Of a stretch of DNA of 64,000 bases, positions 25,793 through 38,230 are shown in pieces. The stretch covers positions 109,717,555-109,781,554 of the forward strand of contig JARDVH010000001.1 in the NCBI GenBank assembly GCA_030324005.1, in the 5' to 3' direction. A program made the translations under genes and the position numbers. The notes below the pieces were generated by a model. That model made no database searches. It saw only the letters and a program-made list of their open reading frames with translations, and was not told where the DNA came from. Origin of the DNA: Negaprion brevirostris (taxonomy: Eukaryota). Each line of letters begins with the position of its first letter. The stretch's first letter is position 1.

Positions 25793-25986
25793 AAGAAAGA
25801 ACTTGCATTTATATAGCACCTCTGACAAGCTCAGGACCTACCAGAACAAATTACTGCCAATGAATTAATTTTTGAAGTATAGTCACTGTTGTAGTGCAAG
25901 AAATATTGCAGACAAATTGCATACAGCAATGTTCTACCAAAAGTAATGAGATCATCTGTTTTAGTGATAATGGGTAAGAGATAAAA
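25793..25986 (-). mobile_element. Deu-domain / L2-tailed SINE 3' part (SacSINE1/AmnSINE1-like)
   Basis: Antisense GTGCTATATAAATGCAAGTTCTTTC tail and ACAACAGTGACTATACTTCAAAA core. Confidence 0.65.
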
Positions 25987-26060
25987 TTTGTAGGGTTATG
26001 CAGGTAGAATGGGGAAATGGACAGATGGGTTTGTTAACAGAGAAGCAGCATGGACTCAAA

Positions 26061-27809
26061 GTGCTGGAATTTACTTTGTGGAATATCCGTTCTGTCTACC
26101 ATTTTCAGATGCAAAATTTGGCATGATGTTGGTGGATCAGTAAACTGAAGCCAGCTCACCAGTCTGCAGTAAAAAGCAAGGTGCACAGCTGCCAGAGTTA
26201 ACAACTTATCTGCCATTTTTACACCTTGACCCATTCTACGTCTCACAAGAAGAATAATGCAAATGATTCATACCAGCTATGAGCAAGTGGTGCAAGGGCA
26301 GATAAAAAGGCTGCAAATGGGACTATCCTTGTATTTAAGAACACAGCCTCCTAAGTTATTTTGTTAGTGTCATAAGTAGGTTTACATTCGCACTGAAATA
26401 AAATTATCATGAAAATCCCCTAGTTGTCACACTCCAGTGCCTGTTCAGGTACACTGAGGGAGAATTTAGCATGGCCAATGCACCTAACCAGCCATCTTTT
26501 GTAATGTGGGAGGAAATCAGAGCACCCAGAGAATGTGCAAAGTCCACACAGACAGTGACCCAAGCTAGGAATTGAACCCTGGTCTCTGGCGCTGTGAGGC
26601 AGCAGTTCTAACCACCGTGCCACCATGTCTCCAAGACAAATTGGAAGCATTTGTCAGCATTTTCACTTCTCATAGTTAATTTATTTTCATTCTGCCATAA
26701 GGAGAGATTAAGAGGGAAGGGGGGATTGCTATAGGTAGGGTTATCGTGACATTTGAAGACTTCAGTAGTGCACCTGGAGTACACCAAGATAGCAAGAGCT
26801 TCCAATGTTCAGGAGAGCCAATTAATTCACTACATTCAATACAAACATTGCTAGGTCAAGAGAACCAGTGGGTTTACAAGAATAGGTGGCTTCTTCCAAC
26901 TGCAAAGGGTCACACATTGCACACACATGGCCATCTAAGCTCCATTATGAGAGGCAGGGATTCTATAACAGAAAAAAAACAATTCTATTCACTCAGTGTT
27001 CAGCTTGCCTATGACCATTGCCAAAGGATTAATCAGTTCCTCTATTGTGGGAGTAGCCAGGTCTCCTACATGCTTCAGCACTTTCAGGTGCCAAGGATGT
27101 CTGGGTTCTTGGAGACAAGGGATACCTGCTGAACAGATGGCTCTTGACCTTAGTGAGAAATCCATGTATAAAGGCTAGGATGCAGGACAATATCTACCAG
27201 GTTCTCACCAAGAAGACCATTGGTCTGATTAACATGAGATGTTGCTATTTGGACCTTGCAGGTGGCTCGCTGCACCACGCTGTGGCTCAAGCATCACTCA
27301 TCATTGGTTAGCTGTGTCTCACACAACCTGATGCTCTTAAGCGGCAGGCTCTGAAAGGGGATGATATAGTGGACCAAGCTGCAACCTCTGATGTCGAGTC
27401 TCAGGATGAGCCCCAGTGTGAGGATAGAGAGCCATGCTTGCCAGCTGCAGAAGTCAGTGTGAGACAGGCTTTGGATAGCAGGGAGAAGCAGGAATTCAGT
27501 GGCTTCAATGGCCTCTGAGTCCCTTGGCGTGACCTTGCGCGGGGTCTTCGCTGGTGGACACCAGTAATGATTGTTGTCATTATTACTGGAAGATTCTGTG
27601 CACTGGGAGTTGAATGGGTTCTGTATTTAAATCCTACTTTAAATATGTTAATCAGCCTCGCGCCCAGACCAGCTTGCACCATTAGAAAGGGGCTTGGAGG
27701 ATCACAAACTGATTGGCATCGGGCTCGAAACAGATTTTTATGCCTGCATGCCAGTTTTCCAGATTGGCACGATCTTCACCAGACACAGCAAGGGGGGAAA
27801 ATCACCATC
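26061..27809 (+). mobile_element. PIF/Harbinger transposon relic with decayed DDE transposase
   Basis: GFFQLQRVTHCTHMAI, FYSLSVQLAYDH, LGDKGYLLNRWLLTLVRNP, IGLINMR..YLDLAGGSL and HNL; TIR-like ends. Confidence 0.8.
26353..26627 (-). mobile_element. HE1-related V-SINE with an alternative 3' tail
   Basis: HE1 head and core, then ...GGGGATTTTCA...TTATGACACTAACAAAATAA in place of the HER1 tail. Confidence 0.8.
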
Positions 27810-28849
27810 AGTATTTCACCCTTAATCACAGGTTTCACTTTTACTAATTTGGTACATTTGTACATTGATTACTTAATTATCTCAGCATCAAAGGTCAGTC
27901 ATGTAACTAACAACTTAAGTGACCTTATAATGATGTGATAATTGCTAATTACTAACAAACAACTTCTCTAGCCTAATGGCCTGAGAGTGAGTTTCAGTCT
28001 TTCAGATGCAAACTATAGTTGGAGATCTTTTTAAATGTCACATTTTAAATTTTAAAAAATCTTGGTTTTCCTTCCTTTCTTCTCTCTCTTAATAGTCTCA
28101 GTGTTGTTCCATTATTTCTCTCTCTGCTTGATTTGAAATTTAAATTGACCCTCCTCCTCAGTCCTTGCCCTCTTTATTTCTCGACCTCTAAATCTGATTG
28201 CTTGAAGAGAAACACAGCTTGTCCTATCATACACCAAGGTCCCAGATGCCCTGTTGCCCTCACCATGCTATTAGCGACACATCCTTTCAGCTACAGTGTG
28301 GGCATTTTAAAGAATGTAATCATCTACAAACAAGTCTAACCTACAGAATGTGCCATAAGATGTACCACTCTCATCAAATCCATGCCAACTAGTAAGAAAT
28401 GATTAATCAATGGTTCTGTCACTTATAATAATTCTGACAGCTAGCAAATACACTGATAATCCATCACTCTTTTTTTATTGTTTTTGCTGTTAGCTTTATA
28501 ATCTGCAGATTCTTGTCTGAGAATGAACAGGTTATCTGTAACGCTGCACAAGCAATATGGGAGACTCGATGTGAGTATTTTTGATACTTCATATCATTAC
28601 CAACAATGTTTTCATCTCTGCAATCATCTCATTCCACATCACTGTTGATCATTTATAAATGACAGTATTTTACTCAATTTTCTTTGTCAGTGCACAAGAT
28701 ATAAATTGGTTACTGACTGGTGAAGGTCTCTATTTGCGACACTACTTAGCATATGGTTGATATAGTTCTGCACTGTCTAACATGTTTACGCAAAAAACAA
28801 TTAAAAAGCTCTTTAAATACAATGACCCTGGAAATTTCTACACCATAAT

Positions 28850-29167
28850 GGGCAGCACAGTGGTTAGCACTGCTGTCTCACAGCACCAGGAATTTGGGTT
28901 CAATTCCCGGTTTGGGTCACTGTCTGTGTGGAGCTTGCAGATTTTCCATGCGTTTGCGTGGGTTTCCTCCAAGGGCTCTGTTTCCTCCTACAATCCAAAG
29001 GTGTGCGGGTTATGTACATTGGCAACGTTAAATTGCCTTTTAGTGTTCCTGGATGCATAGGTTAGAGGGATTAGCAGGGCAAATATGCTAGATTACGGGG
29101 ATAGGATTTTTGGTGGTGCAGACTTGATGGGCCGACTCGCCTCACTGCATTGTAGGGGTTCTATGAT
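28850..29167 (+). mobile_element. HE1-type V-SINE, full length
   Basis: GGGCAGCACAGTGGTTAGCAC...GGTTCAATTCCC...TTCTATGAT. Confidence 0.9.
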
Positions 29168-29481
29168 AACCTTTCGGCCAGTAGTTACTCTGGGATTGAA
29201 AAAAAAAAATTGGGATCAATGGTGTACCTAAGCCACGCCAGGTGATGTTTTGCAAAGTGCTGGTGACAGCTAAGATCAAGTGTCAAATCAAGCCCAAGAT
29301 GCCTCAACTTGTCAGCTTCGATCTTGTTTGTCCCTTTTATGGGGACCATGAATTGGATTCAATTGGATTTTTAATTTGGTTTTTGGAGCAAGCAAGGAAT
29401 GGAGTTGGGTTTGTCCATTCCAATCTGAGCATTTACTTTTTAACTTTAAGGATGGCATAAAAAATTGCTTATTTATAAATC

Positions 29482-29624
29482 TATTCATTCATTAGTCACA
29501 AGTAGACTTATTCTAACTCTTCAATGAAGTTACTGTGAAAATCCCCTCGGCACCACATTCCAATGCCTGTTTGGGTAGGTTGAGGAAGAATTTAGCATAG
29601 CCAATGTACCTAACCAGCATGTCT
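29482..29624 (-). mobile_element. 3' part of the alternative-tail V-SINE
   Basis: Matches 26353-26495. Confidence 0.7.
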
Positions 29625-30661
29625 CAAGAGATGGAAGGCTGTCACTATTTGTGATCAGTCAGAGGGCACGTTGTGGAGTAAAATTGAAGTTCAGTGGGAG
29701 TACAAAACAGGAAGTGATTAATGCCAAGCAAACTTATTTATATTTATAATTGGTGACTGACCAATAACTGTCTACCTTGCACGCTGCTAAAACTGAATTT
29801 TGCCAAGTCTGTATCTGCTCAAAGTTCAGCACAACAGTCAAACTCTGGTGAAGATAATGGACTCATATATGTGAGAGTCTGCAAGTAGGGCACACTTTTT
29901 AAATGCATTACTATTTTCTAATGAATATATATTTCCTGTTCCCATCTGTCCTGAGACGGAATTAAACAGCGTTTGTGAAAGGAAGGGAGAGGAACTGTAA
30001 CAGCCACCAGCTGATCACAGCACTTGTTTATCCTCACATCGCTATAATAATACTTATACTGTCCACAATAAATCTGTGCCATGTAAGTAATAGATAAGAG
30101 ACTGGTAGCTTTAATACTTGCAATCATATGCTTCCCTTTATCACTTATAGGGTTATTTAATGCACGCTAACAGTTTGTGGAGGAGAAGCTAAATTACCAC
30201 AATTCTACATTACAGTAGATAGCAATGTCTATCAATTATAGTGCCATGGGCTCACTGACACGTCTCTAGTGACCCAATCAGATAGCACATGAGCTGAACT
30301 TCAGAGAAACAGAACTGTCCATAAAATATTGCCATCAAAAAGCAAGTGGCCTGGTTTTGCAGGAAATAAGCAATGACAAACTAAATGTCAACTGTATAGT
30401 AAAGTGATTATTATTTCCATTGCTCACAAACAAATCCAACTGCAGCTTTTAGGTAAACTACTAAGGTGGGCTGAGGGGGTGGGGAGTGGAATCAACTGTT
30501 ATTTAAACAGAGGAAAAAGAAACAAACAGATTTTACATGTAAACTAATGTGCGAAATGGAAATATGATCAGATTAGATATAACTTGTTAAGCAGAATGGG
30601 AAAAGTAAATCTGGTATATACACAATTACATTATTGATTCCAAATATCTGAATAACCTATG

Positions 30662-30772
30662 TTTTTATTTATTCGTTCATGAGGTGTGGGCATCACTAAA
30701 TGGGCCAGGATTTGTTGCCCATCCTTATTGCTCTTGACAAAGTTAGGTTAAGCCACCTTCTTGAACCGTTGT
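30662..30772 (-). mobile_element. CR1-group family B extreme 3' end
   Basis: Antisense GGATGGGCAACAAAT...GATGCCCACA...ATGAACGAATAAAT. Confidence 0.7.
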
Positions 30773-32060
30773 CGCTCATACCGCTCGTAACATTAAATGA
30801 TTGTTTATGTAACAATTCTTATTCTTTATTTGAATTCAGGCATTATTTTAAATAATTTTATTTCTTCTGCTAAAATGATGGGCAACAGGATGTGACATGT
30901 TCATCTGTTAAAATAAGCAACAATCCTTTCCATGATAACAAGATAAAACAATAATTCAATGTACACTGAGTACTAAAATTTTACATAAGCCATGACAGTA
31001 TTATTAGGCTGTTAGATCATATGGAGAAAGTATCTTTTTTTAAAAAAGAGAGCTTTGCTAAAAAAAAATGAAGATGGTGATAAATAATGCATATGGGAAT
31101 GCATGTGTGAAATGATACAACTCAAACCAAATGTTACATTGATATGCATGGCTTATGGAATAAAAGAGACAGATGATTCTAATAGTTTATCAACAGTTAG
31201 AAATCATGGCCCAAGACTTCCAGTCAGGCTCGGAACCCAACCAGACTAAACAAATACACTCTTACCATCTTCTGACTTTTCTGGCCAATCTTCCAGTCCT
31301 GCAGAAGTGACTCAGCGTAACAAAACTTGGAGGGAGCAGCAGACAGAATCTGTGATGGAGCCACACGATCCTTTACGGCACTAGCTGCCATCTTCTGTTC
31401 AGTATTTAGATGTTGCAAAGTTTCTTTGAAAATCTTAGGAGAGAAAGGAAGGAGATAGGGTGGCAGGTGGGTAAGGTGTTTGGTGGGTAGGGTGGCAAGA
31501 TGCAAATGAGTGATGTAGGAGGGNNNNNNNNNNNNNNNNNNNNNNNNNNNNNNNNNNNNNNNNNNNNNNNNNNNNNNNNNNNNNNNNNNNNNNNNNNNNN
31601 NNNNNNNNNNNNNNNNNNNNNNNNNNNNNNNNNNNNNNNNNNNNNNNNNNNNNNNNNNNNNNNNNNNNNNNNNNNNNNNNNNNNNNNNNNNNNNNNNNNN
31701 NNNNNNNNNNNNNNNNNNNNNNNNNNNNNNNNNNNNNNNNNNNNNNNNNNNNNNNNNNNNNNNNNNNNNNNNNNNNNNNNNNNNNNNNNNNNNNNNNNNN
31801 NNNNNNNNNNNNNNNNNNNNNNNNNNNNNNNNNNNNNNNNNNNNNNNNNNNNNNNNNNNNNNNNNNNNNNNNNNNNNNNNNNNNNNNNNNNNNNNNNNNN
31901 NNNNNNNNNNNNNNNNNNNNNNNNNNNNNNNNNNNNNNNNNNNNNNNNNNNNNNNNNNNNNNNNNNNNNNNNNNNNNNNNNNNNNNNNNNNNNNNNNNNN
32001 NNNNNNNNNNNNNNNNNNNNNNNNNNNNNNNNNNNNNNNNNNNNNNNNNNNNNNNNNNNN

Positions 32061-32172
32061 GTCCCAGTCTATCCAGCCTCTCCTTAGACCTCAAACCATC
32101 AAGTCCAGGCAGCATCCTAGTAAATCTTTTCTACAATTTTTCAAGATTAATACAATCTTTTTTCTATAATAG
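32061..32172 (-). mobile_element. CR1 ORF2 fragment at a gap edge
   Basis: MLPGLDGLRSKERLDRLG. Confidence 0.7.
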
Positions 32173-33239
32173 GGTATAATAGGCATCTACGAGACTTGAC
32201 GGATTTGATGACCAGGACTTTTCTCCTGAAACCTGCACAATATTGGGTAGCAAACCAAGAAAAATGAAATGGGTAGAAGTTCTGCTGAAACTGTAGCAGG
32301 AAATGTATGTCACAATTTTTCTTCATCCACTAATGCCCATTTGTTGCCTTTAGCCCANNNNNNNNNNACATTCTTTAAACAAATAAATTTGACTTGTTGT
32401 GGACTGTGCACGTGACTCATTCATAATTGCATCTCCTCCATTGTCAGTCTTTTTCACGCCCCAAGTGCACAGGTCTACTATAAAGTTGGGTGCCTTTAGA
32501 CTAGTAAAGTGTCTCAGAATTGAGACAGTGGAGTGGAGTTAATGTTGCAGCATGCTGGAAAAGCTTGAGAAGATGTCAGTGAGAATATGGAAAGGAAAGG
32601 CAAGCCCTACCTCTAGACACAGGTTGACACTTTGTGGGGCCCCAAACACACCTTAATTTGTGGCTCCCCTTCATGCCACACTCCTTGATAGTGCACACTC
32701 TCCTGGCACAGACACCCTGGCCTGCTGCCAGGCTGCAGAGGAAGGGTCCCTCAGGGGTCAAGGTAGTTGAGTAGTCTCAGGCTCAGGACAATGTGTTGAC
32801 CTCATCATTCTCTCCTGGGGTGGGGGAGTGTCATGGCTGGATTGCTCCTTCTGGGCCTGGCAGATCTGTAGATCACGCCTGGCATGGTGGTTTCAGACAG
32901 CCCTGTGATCAGCATTTGCATTCCTGCCTGTCAGCTGTGAAAACTCTGAAGTCACATTAACCTCCATGCCACCCAATCACCTGGTAGGATTTTAAATCAT
33001 TGCAGGACTCCATGCTGCAGCAGAGATTTTCCTTTCTCCCTGTCAGAAGCTGCAGGTGTGATCAGACCCCTTTGAAGGTCTCTGATAGATGTCAATTTCA
33101 TCTGGCATGGGCTGGGCGGAGGGGAAGTGTTGGGGGGATGGCGGCGGGTGTGGTAGTTCCAGTCTGCATAATTGTGTACTCAGCCCCAAGGTATGTGCAC
33201 AGCTTTGATTTGAAGTTTCTGAGGTTTCTAGCAAGTTGA

Positions 33240-34400
33240 ATTGTTTGAAACCCTCTCCGTTCCAATGGAACCCTTTGATCTCTAACAAACTCAAGGTGCA
33301 TTGCCTGGAAAGGATTCCATTGACAGCTCAATGGATTTCTATCATCCTCCAGCCACCTGTGTTTATTTTCATTTTCCTTCATGCTTGAATGGATCTCAAT
33401 TATCCCATTAAGCTTGACCGCAATGTTGACAGAGTCTAAGCCTGAGTCTGTGAAACTTCCTTTTCTGCAAACCACAATCATTCCAAAGAAATCACAGGCT
33501 GTCAAGTTTGTTAATGAAGTTTATGTCTACTTCTTGTCTGTCTGCTTCAACAATTGGCCTTCTAATTGCTTCTGAACACAGTACTGGAATGCATAACAAT
33601 TAAATCTGTAATACCCCCTTTGGAAGGTCCATATGGCAATGGTGAACATTGTTTAAGGACAATGTTGGCTTTAAATGTGACTCACATTACCATGTAGATG
33701 GTTGGCTATGTCCTTAAGACTTGGCTGACTAAGTAACTCAGCTCAGTTATAGTGGTTTTGCTGAATAACTCCTGACCATGTCCATGTGTATGGTTCTGGT
33801 ATGTTAGAATAGCTGTCTGGGGTGTTTCTTCCACAACTACACTCCAGGGTACAATGTCAGAGTCCTTAGCTCCAACAAGATGTGTGTAAAAGGGTAACAT
33901 CAGGAGCGCCAGATACTGATGCAATTGTAATGCAATGTCAAATGACTAAAAGACTAAGATCTGGTGGGCAGCAGAAGCAATCCCTTGTGTAGATACTGAG
34001 ATGTACGTATAAATGTGTAAATGAACAAGGATGGTTTTTATGGATAACAAATTTTTGCAGCATTCATTGGGTAATGGGCAAACCCTAAAGAAACCCATCT
34101 AGATCCTGAACCAAGGTGAAGCAAGACGAAGGCCCACTGCATTCCTGGATCAAAAGATCTATCTTCTAGGCACTTCTGAGTCACCTTTAACTACAGGTTC
34201 CCACTGTAAGGTGAAATAGATTACAATGCTATTTCAATACAGTTGATTATCTCTGATCCACCCAAATTCTCTGGGACCAGATTGTAAGCAAGTCTCATAC
34301 ATCTTTTCTTTCTATAGCGAGTTATGTGAGAGAGAGATTCACCAGTTTTCCTTTCAGCTCTCAAAATCCGAAGTAACACTTGTTAGAAAATGGAGTAGCT
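33240..34400 (-). mobile_element. Possible DIRS/Ngaro retrotransposon relic (RT-RNase H plus tyrosine recombinase)
   Basis: Ordered but weak motif relics L*SI, VPRR*IF, QDL, YTYIS, then CDFFGM...KGSFT...IHSS.K...PLSC...VPLER; heavily decayed. Confidence 0.35.
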
Positions 34401-34431
34401 ACAACAATGGAAAAGATTTCTATTACGACTT

Positions 34432-35243
34432 TGTATTGGTTACTTGTATCCTCTTCTCTATTCTGAGATGTTGGTGTACCTTTAAGAAAATTTTTTTAAA
34501 ACATGGTTTCTTAGCTCCTAGCTTCAGTGACGTCATTGTTGCCGCTTTGACTGGAAATGTCCTTTTATTGCTGATTAAGTGGCTTAAATGGAGTTGCTTG
34601 TGTTAACTCTGGGATTAGTTTTATGTTAGGAGGATAGTCATGTGTTTTTAGACATTTGGACAGTCTTTTCTCCATTTACAGTTTGGAATTTTAGTTTTAG
34701 AAGGGACAGAAAACTAAAAAGGCGTGCTTTCCCCCTTTATCCATTGCTTTGAAAATTCTATTAGTTAGCTGAAGGGTGAAAATCTGCTGTTGTTGGGGGC
34801 TGTACCAGAGTCTCTGTGGTGTTTTGGGAAGCTGTCTTGACTTCAAACTGTTTGGAGTGAATTCAGAGAACTATAGACATCAACCAAAGTATTCAATTTC
34901 TAATATCACGTGAGCATTAGTCTGTGCTGTGTTAAACCTGTGAAAAGGGTCGTTTACCCAAGGAATTGGTTTGATTGAAACATTATAGATATCTTTGTTA
35001 AGGGTTCTACATTATCATGATTGTTTTTGTTTATAATTGATAAATATCTTGCTAATTTCCTTACTATAAATGTTAAGTATATTCATAAATAAACTTTGTT
35101 TGATACAAGCTCCCTAGTGGGTCTTTTGAATCATATCTGAAGTGAAACGTCTCATGCTTTTCCTAGCCAATTTCAAGATGCAAAACTGATGATTCAGACG
35201 GACTTCATAAAATACTTTGGAGTTTCTAACCTGATCTGTAACA
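34432..35243 (+). mobile_element. Solo LTR (~810 bp)
   Basis: TG...CA ends, AATAAA near 35088, homology to 4644 and 17450; left boundary uncertain. Confidence 0.7.
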
Positions 35244-35331
35244 ATTCTTATTAAATATATTCCATCTGCAGATAGAAACTGGACAAAAAATATACTGAGA
35301 CCTAATCTGTAATTACTTTTTTTTAACAGAG

Positions 35332-35850
35332 TTTTGATTTGATTTATTATTGTCATATGTATTAGCATACAGTGAAGTATTGTTTCTTGTCTGCTACACA
35401 GACAAAGCATACCATACATAGGGAAGAAAAGGAGAGAATGTAGAATGTAGTGTTACACTCATTGCTAAGGGGTAGAGAGAGATCAACTTCATGGAAGGTA
35501 GGTCCATTCAAAAGTCTGATGGCAGCAGGGAAGAAGCTGTTTTTGAATTGGTTGGTACATGTCCTCAGATCTTTGTATCTTTTCCCCAAATAAGAAGGTG
35601 GAAGAGAATATGCCCAGGATGTGTGGGGTCCTTGATTATGCTGGCTGCCAATGGGAAGTATAGATAGTGTTAATTGATGGTTTGAGTGATGGACTGGGCC
35701 TCATTTAAAACCTTTGTAGTTTATTGCAGTTTTGGACAGAGCAGGAGCCATACCAAGCTTGATACAACCAGAAACAATGCTTTCTATGGTGCATCCGTAG
35801 AAGCTGGTGAGAGTTGTAGTGGACATGCTAAATTTCCTTAGTCTCCTGAG
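35332..35850 (-). mobile_element. Rex1/Babar LINE 3' portion running into a gap
   Basis: LRRLRKFSMSTTTLTSFYGCTIESI and FKNSFFPAAIRLLN; (TCAAA)n tail. Confidence 0.88.
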
Positions 35851-36564
35851 NNNNNNNNNNNNNNNNNNNNNNNNNNNNNNNNNNNNNNNNNNNNNNNNNN
35901 NNNNNNNNNNNNNNNNNNNNNNNNNNNNNNNNNNNNNNNNNNNNNNNNNNNNNNNNNNNNNNNNNNNNNNNNNNNNNNNNNNNNNNNNNNNNNNNNNNNN
36001 NNNNNNNNNNNNNNNNNNNNNNNNNNNNNNNNNNNNNNNNNNNNNNNNNNNNNNNNNNNNNNNNNNNNNNNNNNNNNNNNNNNNNNNNNNNNNNNNNNNN
36101 NNNNNNNNNNNNNNNNNNNNNNNNNNNNNNNNNNNNNNNNNNNNNNNNNNNNNNNNNNNNNNNNNNNNNNNNNNNNNNNNNNNNNNNNNNNNNNNNNNNN
36201 NNNNNNNNNNNNNNNNNNNNNNNNNNNNNNNNNNNNNNNNNNNNNNNNNNNNNNNNNNNNNNNNNNNNNNNNNNNNNNNNNNNNNNNNNNNNNNNNNNNN
36301 NNNNNNNNNNNNNNNNNNNNNNNNNNNNNNNNNNNNNNNNNNNNNNNNNNNNNNNNNNNNNNNNNNNNNNNNNNNNNNNNNNNNNNNNNNNNNNNNNNNN
36401 NNNNNNNNNNNNNNNNNNNNNNNNNNNNNNNNNNNNNNNNNNNNNNNNNNNNNNNNNNNNNNNNNNNNNNNNNNNNNNNNNNNNNNNNNNNNNNNNNNNN
36501 NNNNNNNNNNNNNNNNNNNNNNNNNNNNNNNNNNNNNNNNNNNNNNNNNNNNNNNNNNNNNNNN

Positions 36565-37815
36565 TGATGACATCAACAAGTTCCATCCCACCATCAGAAT
36601 CACCATGGACTACTCTCTGGAATCGGCTGCATTCTTGGACACACGCATCTCCATCAAGGACGGTCACCTTAGCACTTCACTGTACCGCAAGTCCATGGAT
36701 AACCTCACAAAACTCCACTTCTCCAGCTTCCACCCAAAACATGTTAACGAAGCCATTCCCTATGGACAACCCCTCCATATACACAGGATCTATTCAGATG
36801 AGGAGGATTGCTACAAACACTGAAAGATGCCCTCATAAGAACAGGATATGGTGCTCGACTCATCGATCAACAGTTCCGACGTGCCACAGCAAAAAACCGC
36901 ACTGACCTCCTCAAAAGACAAACACAGGACATGGTGGACAGAGTACCCTTCGTCATCCAGTATTCCCCGCAGTGGAGAAGCTGTGACATCCTCTCTGGAG
37001 CCTTCAACATCTTGCCAAGGGCATCCCCACACCCTTATTTCTTGCCTTCAAACAACCACACAACCTCAAACATACCATTGTCCACAGCAAATTACTCTGC
37101 CTTCAGGGGAACAGTGATGACGATACCACATGATCCTGTCACAGCAAACTCTGCAAGATGTGCCAGATCATCAACACGGATGCCATCATCTCACGTGAAA
37201 ACACCATCCACTAGGTACACATTACATAGTGTGGTGACTCGGCCAATGTTGTCTATCTGATACGCTGCAGGAAGCCATGCAGACGCTACGACAACGGATG
37301 AATGAACACCAGTCGACAATCACCAGGCAAGACTGTTCTCTTCCTGTTGGCGAACTCTTCAGAAGTCATGGGCATTCAGCCTCTGATTGTTGGATAAGCA
37401 TTCTCCAAGGCAGCCTTCAGACACATGACAACGCAGAATCACTGAGCAGAAACTGAAAGCTAAGTTCCACATATGACGGTGGCCTCAATTGGGATCTTGG
37501 GTTCATGTCACTCTATTAGTAACTCCCTCATCTTGCATGGACTTGCAAAATCTCACTAACAGTCCTGTCTGGTGATAATTCACACCTCTTTAACCTGTGC
37601 TTTAACCCTTTCTCCAGTCACATTGTCTGTGCCTGTAAAGACTTGATTATATAGAAAGACTTGCATTCCAACCATTATCCTGTAAACTGAGCTTGTGTCT
37701 ATGTATGCCCTGTTTGTGAACACACACTTCACTCACCTGAAGGAGCAACATTCCAAAAGCTTGAGCTACCAAATAAACCTGTTGGATTTTAAACCGGTGT
37801 TGTGAGACTTCTTAC
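36565..37815 (+). mobile_element. Penelope-like element: RT thumb, GIY-YIG endonuclease and terminal repeat, decayed
   Basis: INKFHPTIRIT..FLDTRISI..LSTSLYRK..HFSSFHP..AIPYGQ; CK.C; ANVVYLIRCRK; TLRQRMNEH; terminal AAATAAACCTGTTGG. Confidence 0.9.
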
Positions 37816-37920
37816 CATATTTGGGAGCCATTCCACTGTGGCTTCCCAGCATTATACTGGCCAACACACCTTTCAACCAGCCTCCCTGGGGCTGCTAAAA
37901 GACAGCCTAGAAGATATTAT

Positions 37921-38230
37921 GGGTGGCACGGTAGTTCACACTGCTGCCTCACAACACCAGGGACCAGGGTTCAATTCCAGCCTTATGAGACTGTGTGGAG
38001 TTTGCATGTTTTCTCCGTGTTTGTGTGTGTTTCCTCCGGGTGCTCCGGTTTCCTCCCACATAGTCCAAAGATGTGCGGGTTAGGTTGATTGGCCATGGTA
38101 AATTGACTCTTTGTGTCAGAGGATTAGCAGGATAAATATGCAGGGTTACGGGAATAGAGTCTGAGTGGGATTGCTGTTGGTGCAGACTTGATGGATTGAA
38201 TGGTTTTCTTCTGCACTGTCGAGGTTCTAT
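37921..38230 (+). mobile_element. HE1-type V-SINE
   Basis: Head, V core and tail present. Confidence 0.9.

Noticed and set aside
28850-28925. tRNA-like A/B boxes at the heads of HE1 copies
   Set aside because: These are SINE heads, not tRNA genes
32560-33000. GC-richer segment, possibly a Harbinger second ORF
   Set aside because: No motif could be read with confidence
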